Shown piece by piece: positions 25,438 to 38,712 of a stretch of 64,000 bases of DNA. A program made the position numbers and the translations under genes. The stretch lies in assembly GCF_000143415.4 (NCBI RefSeq), contig NW_003314432.1, forward strand, positions 1 to 64,000, written 5' to 3'. The DNA is from Selaginella moellendorffii (lineage: Eukaryota > Plantae > Lycopodiophyta). Each line of letters starts with the position of its first letter. Within the stretch, counting starts at the first letter, position 1. A model generated the notes under the pieces. It was not told the origin of the DNA and made no database searches. It was given only the letters and a program-made list of their open reading frames with translations.

Positions 25438-26527
25438 TGTCGCGAATGTGACTTCGGGTATCAAAAGTTATCTGTTGGCTAGTCCTTTCGGATATTCTTT
25501 CCTTACTGCCACGACGGCAGGAGGTCGGTATTGCTAGGCCTATTATCAATTCCCACTTGAGCTAGTTGAGAAACTGGTTAATGACCGTGCACTTAAATCG
25601 GATAAACATAAGGTAGGAACCTAATGTGTTTCTTGCTAAGCATATTCGGCCTGGTTTGAGAAAATCCTATCATTGGCTTGCACTTGCTAGTATCAAGAAC
25701 CCCCGCGATATTGAGATTGGTCCCTTAATATTCGCTAGATGATAGTTTACCGTGTCTACCAAACACCCTCGCTATCATGCCCTTTTGTGTTAATCTCATT
25801 TCGGTCTCAAATGCTATTTATGGAAAGTGTCTAGATTTTTTCATTTGGCACATCTACGGAATGTAGAGATTGTCCTGAACATAATGGTGTTTGTCCCATG
25901 CCTAAATTCGCAATCTAAAGATATTCTATATTTAGTAAGTTTCGAGTTTGTCTGGGTGAAAGCCCAAAGCATATGTTCCTCATAGTTGTGGGGGGTTCTA
26001 AATGTATAATAGGGATAGTGGGTAGGTCGGGCATGGCTGACCAACCTAAGGCATAGTCTAGCTTCTGCTTGCGTGCTTGTCCTTGTTCTGCGTCCGGCTT
26101 GGGTATAAACCCAAGTTCCATTCCATGCTAGTTGGTGGAGTACCTATATCCTTACATTAGGCCACAAGTATGTTGAAATAGTGCCAAACTCCATTTGGCT
26201 TCGTTTTATGTGCTGGTTTTGGCATTGGGATGCTGGTTACTCTAGGACTGCTTCCAAATTACTTCGTGCTCTTGTCCCTTTGCTCCTTAGGCTCTATACT
26301 CGAAAGTTGCTCTGTGGTCCGGTTCTGCCACTCCTTGGTTCCATACTTAGGAGTTTGGCTCTGTACCTTCGTTCAATGGCCCAAGGCCTTGAAACCTGGG
26401 TTCCACACCATTGTCCTTGGACATGTGGCATGTGTCATGTGGCATAAAGAGGGTTTAGGTTCTGCTTCATGGTGTTATCCTATGATAAATCACCATAGGA
26501 TAAAGGGTCAAAACCACGTGCGCTACA
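25438..26527 (+). repeat. 3' LTR (1090 bp)
   Basis: TGTCGCGAATG...CGTGCGCTACA, immediately preceded by the PPT. Confidence 0.93.
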
Positions 26528-29500
26528 CTAATCCACTCAAGAAACAAGAGCAAGATTAAATACAACAAATACGAGAAGAGAAGAAATAGCTCCAACAAAA
26601 ATTAGAAGGAGACAAGCAATAGAAGATTCAAGCTTAAATTGAAATCCTTGAGATTATATTCAAGACTTTTGACAAAACAACACAAGTTGGCAAACCAAGC
26701 AACATCAACACAACCAATGTCGAGGAAGACATAATCAACCAAAATTTAGACTTAGATTAAGATTTACCACCACTCAAAACTCCTGATTACAAAGATTACA
26801 ACACCAACAACTTTCAGTCTTATCCAGCTTCTCTAGAAACTAAACCATCACCAACAGTAGAAAGATGACACTCATCAACCCAGCAACACCCTATGGCATC
26901 ATGATTACATATCCAATCTTCACCAGTAACAAAACTGAAGATGCAGAAAAACATTTCCAGCAATTCAACTAGATTATATAAGTCAATCAGCAAGAAGACA
27001 ACAAAGAACTTCTATCCCTTTCACACTTAAAAGAAAAGCATTAGAATGGTATTATAACCTTAATGAAAAACTTAAGTTTTAGGAAAAAGTTAAGCGATTT
27101 AAAGAGAAGTACCAACCTGGTGGCACAACAACTGAATACCTAGAACATCTCAAGAGCATCAAATAAGGTAGTAAAGAAGATATCGAAGACTATACCCGAA
27201 GATTCAAATATCACGCAAAGTGCTACAAAGATCTACTCACTGAACAAGGTAAAGTATATTTGGTATGTACAAGGATTGAAGAAAATATACTAGCAAATGG
27301 TTGCTCTCACAAGTATGGAAGAACCTTGAGAAACAACTCTAAAAATTTTTAAGAGTAGAAACAACAAGAACAAACAACTCTTCTGATGATAAGGAAGAAT
27401 ACAAACTCGAAGTCATGAAGAAAGACAAGAATCAAGAACTTACCAAAATACTCAAGAAAGTTACAATCAAGAACAACCTTAAGAAAAAAGAGTATAGTGT
27501 ACAAAATGTAAGAACAAAGGACACATCCTAACAGAGTGTAACTACTGATTCCTAAGTGTTAGATTTGTGAAAAAGAAGGATATATAGCAAAGATCTATCA
27601 ATACAAAAGAGCAACTAAAGTCACATGAGTCGAGAACATACCTTGAACTCATACACCAACTAAAAGACATTACAATCAACCTAGATAAGAACCATAGCAA
27701 TGGTACCAGAATCAAGGTACATATAATCCTAACTATAGATGCCATTGACAATACAACAATATATGTCTGGGTTCCACTCTAAAACGGGCGTAAGAGAAGC
27801 CCGGCAAAACAACTATCAACAACAGTACCACAACAATCGACATTGGAGACCACCTCTGCAACAACTAAATTATCAATAGCAAAATCAACAATATGATCCA
27901 CCACCTAGCACAACAACCATCAATAGCAACCTCAAACTCAAGAAATCCGACCCCAATACCAACAACAACAAAATCAAGGAAATCAACCTCCTCAACAAGA
28001 TCAGCAATATTGAAGAGCTCCTCCAACAAGAAGAAATGTCAACATCAACTAAATCAAAGATGAACACTTTGAAGATAAACTTGAGGTAAGAGCTCTAACT
28101 CAAAGTCAGAAACAACACTACACTCTTGAAGATGATCTTGAGGAAAAGTCAAAGAACAAGAACTCCAAGATGAAGTGCAAAAAACCTCAAAGCACAAATG
28201 GCAACAAGGCAAGGAGCTAATCAACACAATTCAGCAAACCCTTCAACAATAACAACTTAAAGTTGAAGATGATCAGGAAATTGTGACTCAAACTCTGTCA
28301 AGAAAAGAGGAACAACCAAAGCCCATCACTAACATTCTTCAACAAAGTATCACACTCACCCTTCTAGAACTTTCATAGGTAGCTTCATACTTGAGAAAAC
28401 AACTTCTCAAGATATATTAAGCTTCTCCACCAAAAAACTTCAGCTCAAGTCAAGAAAAAAACTAACAACTCATCCCATAAGGCAAACATCCAACCTAGCG
28501 ACTATGATGAAGATGTACCATGCATCCCAATCACGATAGGAAAGAACAAAGTTATATAAATAATCATCAACAACAGAGAAAATATCAACATTATCGAGTA
28601 TTCAACTTGCAAAGCAATGGGACTTGGATCAATCCACTCTAAACCCTTCAACGTCAAGATGGCCGACGATCAAAGTGTACAACCATTAGGAATCATGCAC
28701 AACATTCCTATCAAGATTAAAGATCAAGAATTTAAAGTAACTTTCATCGTACTCAAGATGGCAAAAGACCAAAGTTGCTACAAAGTACTCTTCAAATGAA
28801 CTTGGCTCAAGACAATAGACATTATCACATATTGGAGGAATAATACTATCACCCTTGGAGGACATAAAGATGCTCCACAACTATCTACCAATATTGTAAA
28901 GAAGATCATAAAGAAATTTTAACTAACCACAATCAAACAATATGACTAGAATGAAGGACTCGATAGCTATGAAGAAGCTCAAATTCTCAAGGCATACCCC
29001 GAATTAAAAATACTAATCTAAGTTGATCTTAATTGAATTATCCTGAAGAAAAATAGCAATCAAGATCCTCAACTTCAAAATAAAGATTTCCAACACCAAG
29101 ATTTGAAAGAAAAGACAACACCAGCACACATGGAAAAAAAAAAAGAACATTCAAGCATCAAACTTGAATCAGCCTACCGAATGAATCCCAACATACAAAC
29201 CAAAGTCAAGGAAGAATTTGACAAACTCGAAAATGTTAGATTCATCTTCCCAATTCAAAATCCAAAATGGCTATCACCACTAGTCATTGTCCCCAAGAAG
29301 AAGAACAAGCTTAGGGTTTATGTCAACTATAAGAAGCTCAACAATACAACTCAAAAGAACACCTTTTCAATTCCATTCTCTGATGAAATTCTTGATGCAG
29401 TTGTAGGATATGAGATGTACTCCTTTCTCAACGGCTTCAGTAGACACAATCAAGTACACATTGCACCTGAAGATCAATACAAGACAGCTTTCATCAATCT

Positions 29501-31419
29501 ATGGGGAGCATACATCTACCTTTGGATGCCTTTCAATTTCTCCAATGCACCATTCATATTTCAATGAATCATTGACACTTTTTGAGAATACCTCACCGAA
29601 TTTATGCAAGTTTTTATGGATGACTTCAGTGTCTTCAGCAACAAAGAAAATCATCTCCAATGCTTAGAGAAATGCTTCATCAAATACCATAAACACAATA
29701 TCACATTGAACCCTGACAAGTGCATTTTCTTCGTCAAATTAGGAATTCTACTTGAACATGTAGTTTCCAAAGAAGGAATCCTCATTGACAACAACAAGAC
29801 CCTCACAATCACCAACATACAACATCCATTCAACATTTCAAGCTTTTGACATTCCTCGGTAAGATGGGATACCATCGAAGATTCATCAAAGACTACACCA
29901 AGATTGCAAAACTTATCACCGAACTCCTCAAGAAGAATCAAACTTACAATTGGACTTAAGATTGTCAAAATGCCTTCATCAACCTCAAAAATTCCCTCAC
30001 CCAAGCTCCAATACTTGCTCAACAAAATTGGAACAAAGATTTCAACATCCAAGTCGATGCCTCCAACTACGCCCTCAAAGTGATCCTTTTGCAACAACAA
30101 GAAGATCATAAAGACCGACCAATCTACTATGCAAATTGAAGATTCAACTCAGCCAAAATGAACTACACTATAACTGAAAAAGAAGCTCTAGCAATGATCT
30201 ATGCACTCCAAAAGTTTCAATATTACCTACTCGGTAACTTCCTCCACCTTCTTGACAAAACAATCCTCACCGACAGAATTGCATGATGGTTCTTACTACG
30301 TCAAGAATACAACTTCGAGATCATCTACAAGCTTGGAAGAGAACATGAACACCTAAGCCACATTACAACTGATGAACAACCGAAACACAATATGGACGAC
30401 TTTCTTGACTCCAATATCCTTTAAATCCACACATCACCAACCTAAATGGACAACATCTACTACTACCTCACAATAGCAATAATACCAAGTTGATATTCAA
30501 CCTTCGACAAACACAAGCAATTTGTCTTGAGGACAAAACCATATTCAGTCGTGGGAAGACAATTGTATAAACAAGGAAAACATAACATTTTACAAAGATG
30601 TGCAAACTCAGAAGAAACACAAGATCTACTTGAAGAAGCCTACTATGGACAAGTAGGAGGACATTTTGCTGAAAAAATCACAGCTTGAAAAATTTTACAA
30701 GCAAGATTTTGGTGGCCAACACTTTGGCACAACTAAGCCAAGTTCTATCAAAAATGCGACATCTACCAATGAGCCAAGTGTTCACCAAAGAAATAAACTC
30801 AAGAACTTCATCCAAAAATTCCACTCAAACCTTTCAATGATGGGACTTGACTTTGTTAATCCACTTATAACAAGTTCCAAGCAAAACTAGTACATTCTAA
30901 TTGCAATAGACTATATGATTAAATGGGTTGAAGCTCAATTAATAAAGACTGCTACAACAAATAACACAACAAAGTTCATCTATGAAAACATCATCACAAG
31001 ATATGGCTTACCTTGAGAACTCGTCACTGATCAAGGAACACACTTTATGAATGAAACCATCAAGATTCTGACTCAAGAATTCACTATCCAACACAAGGCT
31101 TCAACACCATACTACCCTCAAGGCAAGGGTCAAGTAGAGTTTACAAACAAGACACTCAAAAACATCCTCATGAAAATCATGAAAATAAATCAAAAAGACT
31201 AGGACAATCATATCCACGATGCCTTATAGGCATATCAAACCACATATAAGGTTTCAACAAATTTGACACCATTCAAGCTCACCTATAGTTTGAAGCTTTG
31301 ACACCACTCGAGTACATTATTCCATCACTATGAATGGCAATATAATACAAAATCAACCAAGAAGAATCAATTAAAAGAAGACTAACCATGCTAGAACAAT
31401 TTATTGCTAGCTGAGATCC

Positions 31420-33905
31420 TTTGACTATCTCATTTTGAAGCTTTGGAATGCTCAAGGAGTCTTTTCTAACTTAGCAAAGATGTTGCTTCATATGATATGA
31501 GGCTAACTATTATCAAACAGTTCTTTTGATAAAGTTATGCAATCTCATGTGCGAGGCACTACTTTGATGATGTCTTATGACTAAGGAGGAACATGAGATG
31601 CATGTGAGGCAAATGTTGCCCCTATTGAGGGAGAACAAGCTGTATTATAAACTGTCAAAGCGTGAGTTCTTCTTGGAGGAGATCACCTATTTCAGACATG
31701 TGGTGCCACGAGATGGTGTGTGGGAAGATCCTCAAAAGACTCAGATAGTCATTGACTAGCTTGTTCCCCCTACTGTGCATGGGTTTCCTTGGTATGGTGG
31801 GAGTCTTTTGCCGGTTTGTGAAGGACCTCTCCTTGATTGCTGCTCCTTTGATGGATATTCTTTGAAACACCACCAAGCATGCTAAGTTGGTGTGGGGTGA
31901 AAGTGTCAAGAAGTGTTTGAGTGGTTAAAGCAATCATGTTTATATTCTACAGATATTTGCTTGTGATAAGGCACTTGTGGTAGAAGGCTAAGCCTCATGC
32001 TATGGAGTCTATGCGTTCAGAGGGTATGGCTCATGAGTCCTTTCTCTTTCTGATCCTAGTGAGGCCATGGGTGTCAGTGTGGACCAAGGAGAGAATGTAT
32101 CTACTCGTGTTCTAGCTGACACTGCTGTCACTAAGCTTTCTGAAGGAGTGAAGAAGAATTGTATCAACTCATCTGAGCTGTACAGTTGTTTGTGCAATGA
32201 GTTGTGCATAGCCAAGTGCTCAGTGTCCTCTTTGACTCTGGTGCTACACATACTTTCATTAACAAGGCTAGTGATGAGGGTATAGCTAAGTTGCATCAAA
32301 CTTGTGGCTTATGTAGGCAATAGGACAGCAGTCTTGCACCAAGACAGCTCCTGAACTGCCAACTCGGGATAGGAAGTTGTATGTTGTAGTTGTTGTGGTC
32401 AAAGAGTGGAGGCATTATCTGTATGGTTGGATTTTTCATGTGGATAACTTTACCACTTGTCACTCTTTTCACTTGCCAGATGGAGCTTCGAGGCCGGCTA
32501 GCTCATTGACTGGAGTTTTTGCAGGAAATGGATGTGCATTCCAAACCACTAGAGGAGTTTAGGTCTGGGGTTTAAGGTGACTAAAACTGATTTCCCCAGG
32601 GATTCCCAAGTAAAAGTCAAAGGGTAATTTTGACCACAGATTACTTGGGAATTCAGAAGATTGATGTTTAAAGCAAAGTTACTAGGTTTTCCAAGATCTA
32701 CAACTTTTCTTTAAGACAATTTTCCTGTTTCTAAAAGGAGTAGACAGTAAAGGTGGTTGTTTCTCCATTGTCTAGGATGGTGAACTCTATCTCATTTGAG
32801 AAGCTCTTCAGTGGTTTGCTAGATGAAATTAAGGAGCTTTCTAACTTCGACTCCTTTGTAGTGAAGGCACATGCAGTTGTTTTGAAGGGGGATGCCTCAT
32901 ACTTATACAATAATAAGTATGTGCACAGTTGTTAGACCGGCCAGGCGGTCACAATGGATTGTCAGAAGCATGAAGGTCTCTACCATAGTTAACCTCAGTG
33001 GAAGTGGGATAGCATTTTCTATGAGTTTCATAGAAAGTGCTTCAAGGCAATGTTGCTATCTGGGTTGTTGTGGATTGTGTGATGATGTTGGCTCACTTCT
33101 TCCTTGTGAAGACAAATGCTAAGGCTTTTGACCTTGCTCAGCTGTATTTCTCTATGGGCTGCCTAAGGATGTTGTAAGTGATCGGGATCCCACGTTCACT
33201 TTGGAGTTTTGGCAGACGGTGTTCCAGAAGCTTGAGACAAAGCTGAGCATGAGCATCCACAGTCAAATGGACAAACAAAACGAGTTAATTAGGTGCTGGA
33301 AGACATGCTGAGATCGTTTGTTGGTCATCTGAAGAGGCAAGGTATTTGGGAGAAGTATCTGCCTTTGTTAGAGTTTACCCATAACTGCGCCTTCCATTTG
33401 GCTATTGAGATGGCTCCGTTTATGGCAATGTATGGCTTTCAACCTTGGTCCCCTGTTGGTATGAACTTGGCTGCACCAGGCAAAGGAGTTGGCTGATGAG
33501 CATCATCAGCACAAGTAGTTTCAGGTTGGAGACAAGGTTTTCCTTCGGTTGTCTGAAGCTCAATGAGCTCTTCAAGGTGGAGGTAGTTCTAAGTTGTTGC
33601 CACAGTACTGTGGGCCTTGGATTATTCTCAAACGAATTGGAGACCTTGCCTATCAACTAGACTTGCCTAGTGGTGTGAAGATTCATCCCGTCTTCTATGT
33701 AGGAAGTTGAAGGCGTGTTTGCATTCTGGTAATATCTTGGACCAGTCTGCGATCAAGATTCCAGAGATAGATGTTTGAAGGTTGGCCCTACTTGTGTGTT
33801 ATAGCAATGGCTAGCGCACACACATTGTAAAACTTGGAGAGAGTTACTTATTCAGTGGAATGGTCATTCTCCATATGATGCTACATGGGAAGCTGAGGAT
33901 GATGT
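31420..33905 (+). mobile_element. chromovirus-type Gypsy pol remnant (RT, displaced PR, RH, INT, chromodomain)
   Basis: EEHEMHVRQMLPLLRENKLY.KLSK.EF (RT); VLFDSGATHTFI (about 32222-32262, PR); KEWRHYLYG (RH); VVSDRDPTFT and LEDMLRSFV..WEKYLPLLEFTHN (INT); FIQWNGHSPYDATWE (about 33850-33892, chromodomain). Confidence 0.85.
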
Positions 33906-34074
33906 TGTTTCCTAATTTTGAGTATGACTTGGATGACATTCCAGAGGAAGAGGAGAAGTAGTTGCTTGCTCTTATCCTTTCTTTCTTTTCTGACCCCGTT
34001 GATGGCTGGAGGTGTTGTGTTATGTGAGACAGTTAGTGGTTTTGTTAGCGGGATGCTTTTCTAGCTTCTCCTCC

Positions 34075-34672
34075 TCAGCTACTGTTCATCATAGTTGGAG
34101 CAGAGGGAAAAATGTCACCGTATTTCGTGATGAACCAGCTGATTCTGGACCTAGGTCTCTGATCAAAGAGCCAAATACCAACTGCAAATTTGCATGTAAA
34201 GAGGTGTTCAAGCATCTTCACGGGGTTTTCATTGCATAGAATACACAGTGTTTTGTGAACTGTGAGCCAATCACCAACAGGGATGTTGTCCTGCACAAGA
34301 AGCCAGCTTACCTTAGCTTCCACCAGTGTCTTCCACATATGTACTTCCGATTCTTCAACTTTCGCATAAGCTTGGTGTCAATTTTATCCATCAAAAGCTC
34401 TCTGCCATGCTTAGACCTGTACATAAAAAAAGACACACTGAACTCATTACCTTCCCAGAATAACTGAGCTGGATCCTATATAAGATCAGATATAGGTACT
34501 CCCCAAACTAGTGTATTGCAGAGCATTCTCCCAGTTGAACCTTAGGATCCAGTTCAGTGTATTTCCCTCTCTGATGTATGGTCCTGATCCTTTTACCGAA
34601 GGCAATCCTGGGAACTGGGACCTCCTCGGGAACTATACATGGAAACAGTGCACCACTGTTATGGGGATAAAA
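34075..34672 (-). mobile_element. LINE (L1-like) ORF2 3' end with zf-RVT motif, left part
   Basis: W.LVQDNIPVGDW....CILCNENPVKMLEHLFTCKFAVGIW. Interrupted on the right by the Copia LTR. Confidence 0.75.
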
Positions 34673-34805
34673 TGATGAGAGAAGCCAGGCCTCACGGCCT
34701 AGCGCTCTATAGAAAATGAGAACACTCCCAGAACAATCCCCTGGGATGGATCTCACACAGGATGGGAAAGAAAACTAAGAAAGCCCTAAACTGAAGGAAT
34801 GCGAC

Positions 34806-36947
34806 TTAAGCCAGGTGGCTGTACGCCACGTGGCTGTAACACTGCAAGGACAGGTCGCATACTCCAAGCACTTCTCGATGTTTGCAGAAAACAATAGGTG
34901 GAAAAGCCTTAGTGAATATATCAGCAACCTGGTCCTCAGTTGCCACGTACTTAAGTATCAGCTCTCCTCCCATCACTTGTTTTCTGATGTAGTGGTATTT
35001 TATTTGTATATGCTTCGTCCTGGCGTGATATCTCGGATTCTCTGAAAGAGCAATCGCTGATTGATTATCTGAGAGAATGACCGTGGGTCCTTGTTGCCGT
35101 AGCTGCATACTCGCTACAAGCTCACGAAGCCAGCTCGCCTCTTGTGCTGCCCCTGTCAAAGCTAGATACTCCGCTTCAGTTGTCGACAAGGCTGTCACAG
35201 CTTGCCGCTTGCTGCTCCAAGTTACCACTCCATCACCAAGGAAAAAGCAATAGCCGGATGTAGACTTCCTGTCATCTAAATCCCCTGCTTGCCGCTTGCT
35301 GCTCCAAGTTACCACTCCATCACCGAGGAAAAAGCAATAGCCGGATGTAGACTTCCTGTCATCTAAATCCCCTGCATAATCTGCATCGGCATAGCCTCGC
35401 AAAATAAATGTGTGACCAGAAACCTGCCGTTGATAGCTCAGGCCAAAATTAGCAGTGCCTCTGAGATAGCGCAAGATGTGCTTCACAGCTTGCCAATGTT
35501 GCCAGCCTGGATTCGCCATATACTTAGCCACCTCTCCCACAGAATAAGCAATGTCTGGGCGGGTACAAACAGCCAAGTAGATTAAGCATCCAACGACCTG
35601 GCGATATGGCACAAGCTCCATCTGTTGCTTCTCAGCCTCACTAGGAGACATCTCAGCAGACAAATGAGTACTCGCTTGCATTGGAGTAACGGAAGGATTG
35701 AGGTTCTCGAGCCCAAACCTGTGCAATACTTCCTCCACATAAGCTCGTTGTGAGAGTGTCACAACTCCTGGCCGTGGTCGCTGAACTTGAATCCCAAGGA
35801 AAGTGTGCACGGGGCCAAGATCTTGCATCTCAAACTGGGCTCCTAGTTTTCTCTTGATTTCAGCAAGAAGATCTCTGTTGTTGGAAACAAAGATACCATC
35901 GTCCACATACAAGGCCAAAATGACCAAGGCACCATCCTCAATCTTCATATAAACGTTTGAGTCGGCATGGTTTTTCTGGAATCCAAGAGAAATCAGAAAA
36001 GAATCAGTTTTCTTATACCAGATGCGTGGACTTTGTTTCAGGCCATATAAAGCCTTCTTCAGCCGATAAATCCTTTGGCTCGGATCGAGGCCTGTCGGGA
36101 GCTGGATGTAAACCTCCTCAGGAATTTCTCCATGTAAAAATGCGGTCTTCACATACATTTGCTCCACATAAAGATCATGCTGCGCTGCTAAAGCAAGTAA
36201 CAGCCTGATAGAAGCCATCTTCACGACCGGGCTGAAAGTTTCTGTAAAGTTTATGCCTTCGATCTGAGTAAAGCCTCGTGCCACAAGCCTAGCTTTAAAG
36301 CGCTGCACTTCTCCTGAAGGTCCAGCTTTCACGCAGAAAAGTAGCTTTGTCGAAACTACATTAGCATTGTGAGGAACTTCATCAGGAAGATACCAGGTTT
36401 CATTCTTTGCATGAGCTCGCATCTCAGCATCAATAGCTTCACCCCACGCAGCAGCATAAGGAGATTTCTTAGCTTGTACAAGCGTAACAGGAATCTTCAC
36501 CTCTGCTGCTGTGAACATAGCCGTTCGACTCTGATGATAAGAAGCTCTAGCAGCTACTCGTGCTCGCTTCTCAGCTTGCTCTCGCTGATAAGCTTCACCC
36601 TTCGCTGTATAGGTTAAAGGGCGACCAGAGCGGCTCAAAACCTGGATAACATCAGGATCTCGGTGACGCACAGGTTCAGGAACCATATTCTCAGGTTCAG
36701 GAATATTGTGCTCGGGCTCAGGATCAGGAACCACCTCAGGAACGTGATCAGGCTCTGGAGCTCGTGTCACAGCAGAGGTTGAAGCTCCCGCCAAGTCGAG
36801 GTAGAGGATCATCCTCCTCATCTTCCCATGGATGAAAGAAAACAGGCTGTGAGCTCGCCCTACTTTCTCCACAAAGAAAACCTGTAGAAGGAACTCCTGG
36901 ATCCTTGTGACGTTGAAAATACACACGAGATTCATCAAAGATGACAT
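34806..36947 (-). pseudogene. Copia RT-RNase H segment of pol (frameshifted from integrase)
   Basis: 713-aa ORF with RT motifs and a duplicated RNase H block. Confidence 0.9.
35200..35375 (-). repeat. 87-bp in-frame tandem duplication in Copia RNase H
   Basis: AGDLDDRKSTSGYCFFLGDGVVTWSSKRQ occurs twice; offset 35200 to 35287. Confidence 0.95.
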
Positions 36948-37719
36948 CTCGACTCACAAACTCTTTTCCCGAGTCTAGATGAAGGAGTCGATATCCTCGC
37001 TGCTCATCACTATAGCCCAGAAATACACACTTCTTGGATTTAACATCCAATTTCCGGCGTAGCTCATTAGGAACATGAGAAAAAGCTAGACAGCCAAACC
37101 GTCGGAAGATATCCATGCGTGGACGTTGTCCAGTCCAAGCCTCATAAGGTGTCTTGCCTTGAACAGCTGTGGTCAACACCCTATTACGCACGAAGACAGC
37201 TGTGACTATAGCATGATCCCAAAACCTAGGAGGAAGACCAGCATCGGCAATCATCGTCCTAGCCAGCTCCACCACTGTCCTGTTAAACCGCTCAGCTACC
37301 CCGTTAAGCTCAGGAGTGTATGGAACTGTGAATTGCCGCTGAATTCCTGCTTTCTCGCAGTAATCAGAAAAATGAACGGACACATACTCACCTCCTCCAT
37401 CAGAGCGGAGCACTTTGATGCGTAAATCAAGCTGGTTCTCCACTTCATGCTTATAAGCCTTAAATGCTAGCAAAGCTTCGTCCTTAGTAGCTAAGAACTT
37501 AACAGCCACATACCTCGTAGCATCATCAATAAACGAAATAAAGTACCTCTTCTTACGCTGTGTCATCACTTGAAAAGGGCCACATAAGTCTGAGTGAACC
37601 AGCTGAAGAGGACTTGTCGCCCGAACACTCCCGCCAGAGTTGAACGCCCGACGATGCTGCTTTCCCATTGCATGGCTCGCATAATGGCATTGAAAAAGAC
37701 GTGATGGCCAAGCCATCAA
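36748..37719 (-). pseudogene. Copia integrase segment
   Basis: 323-aa ORF with DDE core and RRKLDVKSKKCVFLGY..GYRL. Confidence 0.9.
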
Positions 37720-38712
37720 CCACGTGGTCTCGCTGCAACTGCTGGATCGTCTTGTGATTCACGTGGCCAAGTCAACGATGCCAAGTTTGGATATCTGCAG
37801 CTCCCCCTAAGATGAACTCGCTGTAGCCACTGTCATCGTAGCTAGCAGCTTCCCTGGAACACACACCTCGCAATCCATCCGGAACAGTCGTCCTATCTTG
37901 CTTGCTGAAGCCACATGTCCAACCTCTGGATGTGTGATCTTGACACGATCACCATGAAATTCCAAGTTGAATCCTTGCTCCATCATTTGTCCAAGGGACA
38001 CGAAGGAGTGTTGAGCCTTGGGGATGTACCACACATGCTTGACTGGAACCACCAAGCCTGTCGGTAGACGCACTTCAATCGTGCCCACACCTTCAACCGC
38101 TAACAAGCTGTTATCTGTGAGTCGCACTTGGCCAGTGCATTTCCTCATCTCCAAAAATAGCTCACCGTTAAAAGTTGAGTGATTCGTTGCTGCCGAATCC
38201 AGCCAAAGAACACGGCTTGTGGTATCCACCTCTACTCCTCGAGTCATCCATGACAAGCCATTAGCCACAGCGGAAGAATCTTCATCGTCACCATCATCTC
38301 GGCGTCGACTTTTAAAATGTGGTGCCGCACCAGAGGAAGATCCACGCTCAGCTTTCAATTTTGTCTCACGACGTTGCTTCTTCACTGGACAATCCCTGCT
38401 CAGGTGCCCACGCTTTGAACACGTCTCACACTTCAAATTAAATTCTCGCTTGGTGGTTGGCTTTTCCTCGGTGCTGTTGGAGTGTTTATTTCCAAGTTGA
38501 TTAAAGACAGAGGAGCGCCCTGCTTGTACTTGCTGATTACCACAAGTCACCATGGCAATCCCATCTTGCTCAACAGCATTGCCTTCACCTATAATGGTTT
38601 TCTCGTGTTGGATGAGCTCAGCAAAAATCTGCCGCTGTGTAATGTCAGGAATCTTCTTGATATAATGAAGATGAGACTTCATAGCATAAGTTGCAAACCC
38701 TTTGAACAGAAC

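Larger units (their letters stand above)
19370..26527 (+). mobile_element. full-length, apparently non-coding LTR retroelement (LARD-like, 7158 bp)
   Basis: LTRs at 19370-20505 and 25438-26527; PBS TGGTATCAAAGC at 20508-20519; PPT AGGGGGGGAGAG at 25426-25437; TSD CTGAT/CTAAT. The 4.9-kb interior has no recognisable RT or INT motif. Confidence 0.9.
18740..31400 (+). mobile_element. non-chromovirus-type Ty3/Gypsy element, degenerate, split by the nested LTR element at 19370-26527
   Basis: A/C-rich coding strand continuous across the insertion. Gag (IFTSNKTEDAEKHF, about 26915), double CCHC knuckle (about 27495-27600), protease region (28540-28800), RT (AYRMNP..WLSPLVIVPKK..YSFLNGFSRHNQV, FMDDFSVFS), RNase H (IQVDASN, NYTITEKEALAMI), integrase (GLDFVNP, LVTDQGTHFMNE, STPYYPQ). 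Candidate LTR end CA at 18793 followed by PBS-like TGGAGGTCCC at 18796-18805. Confidence 0.88.
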
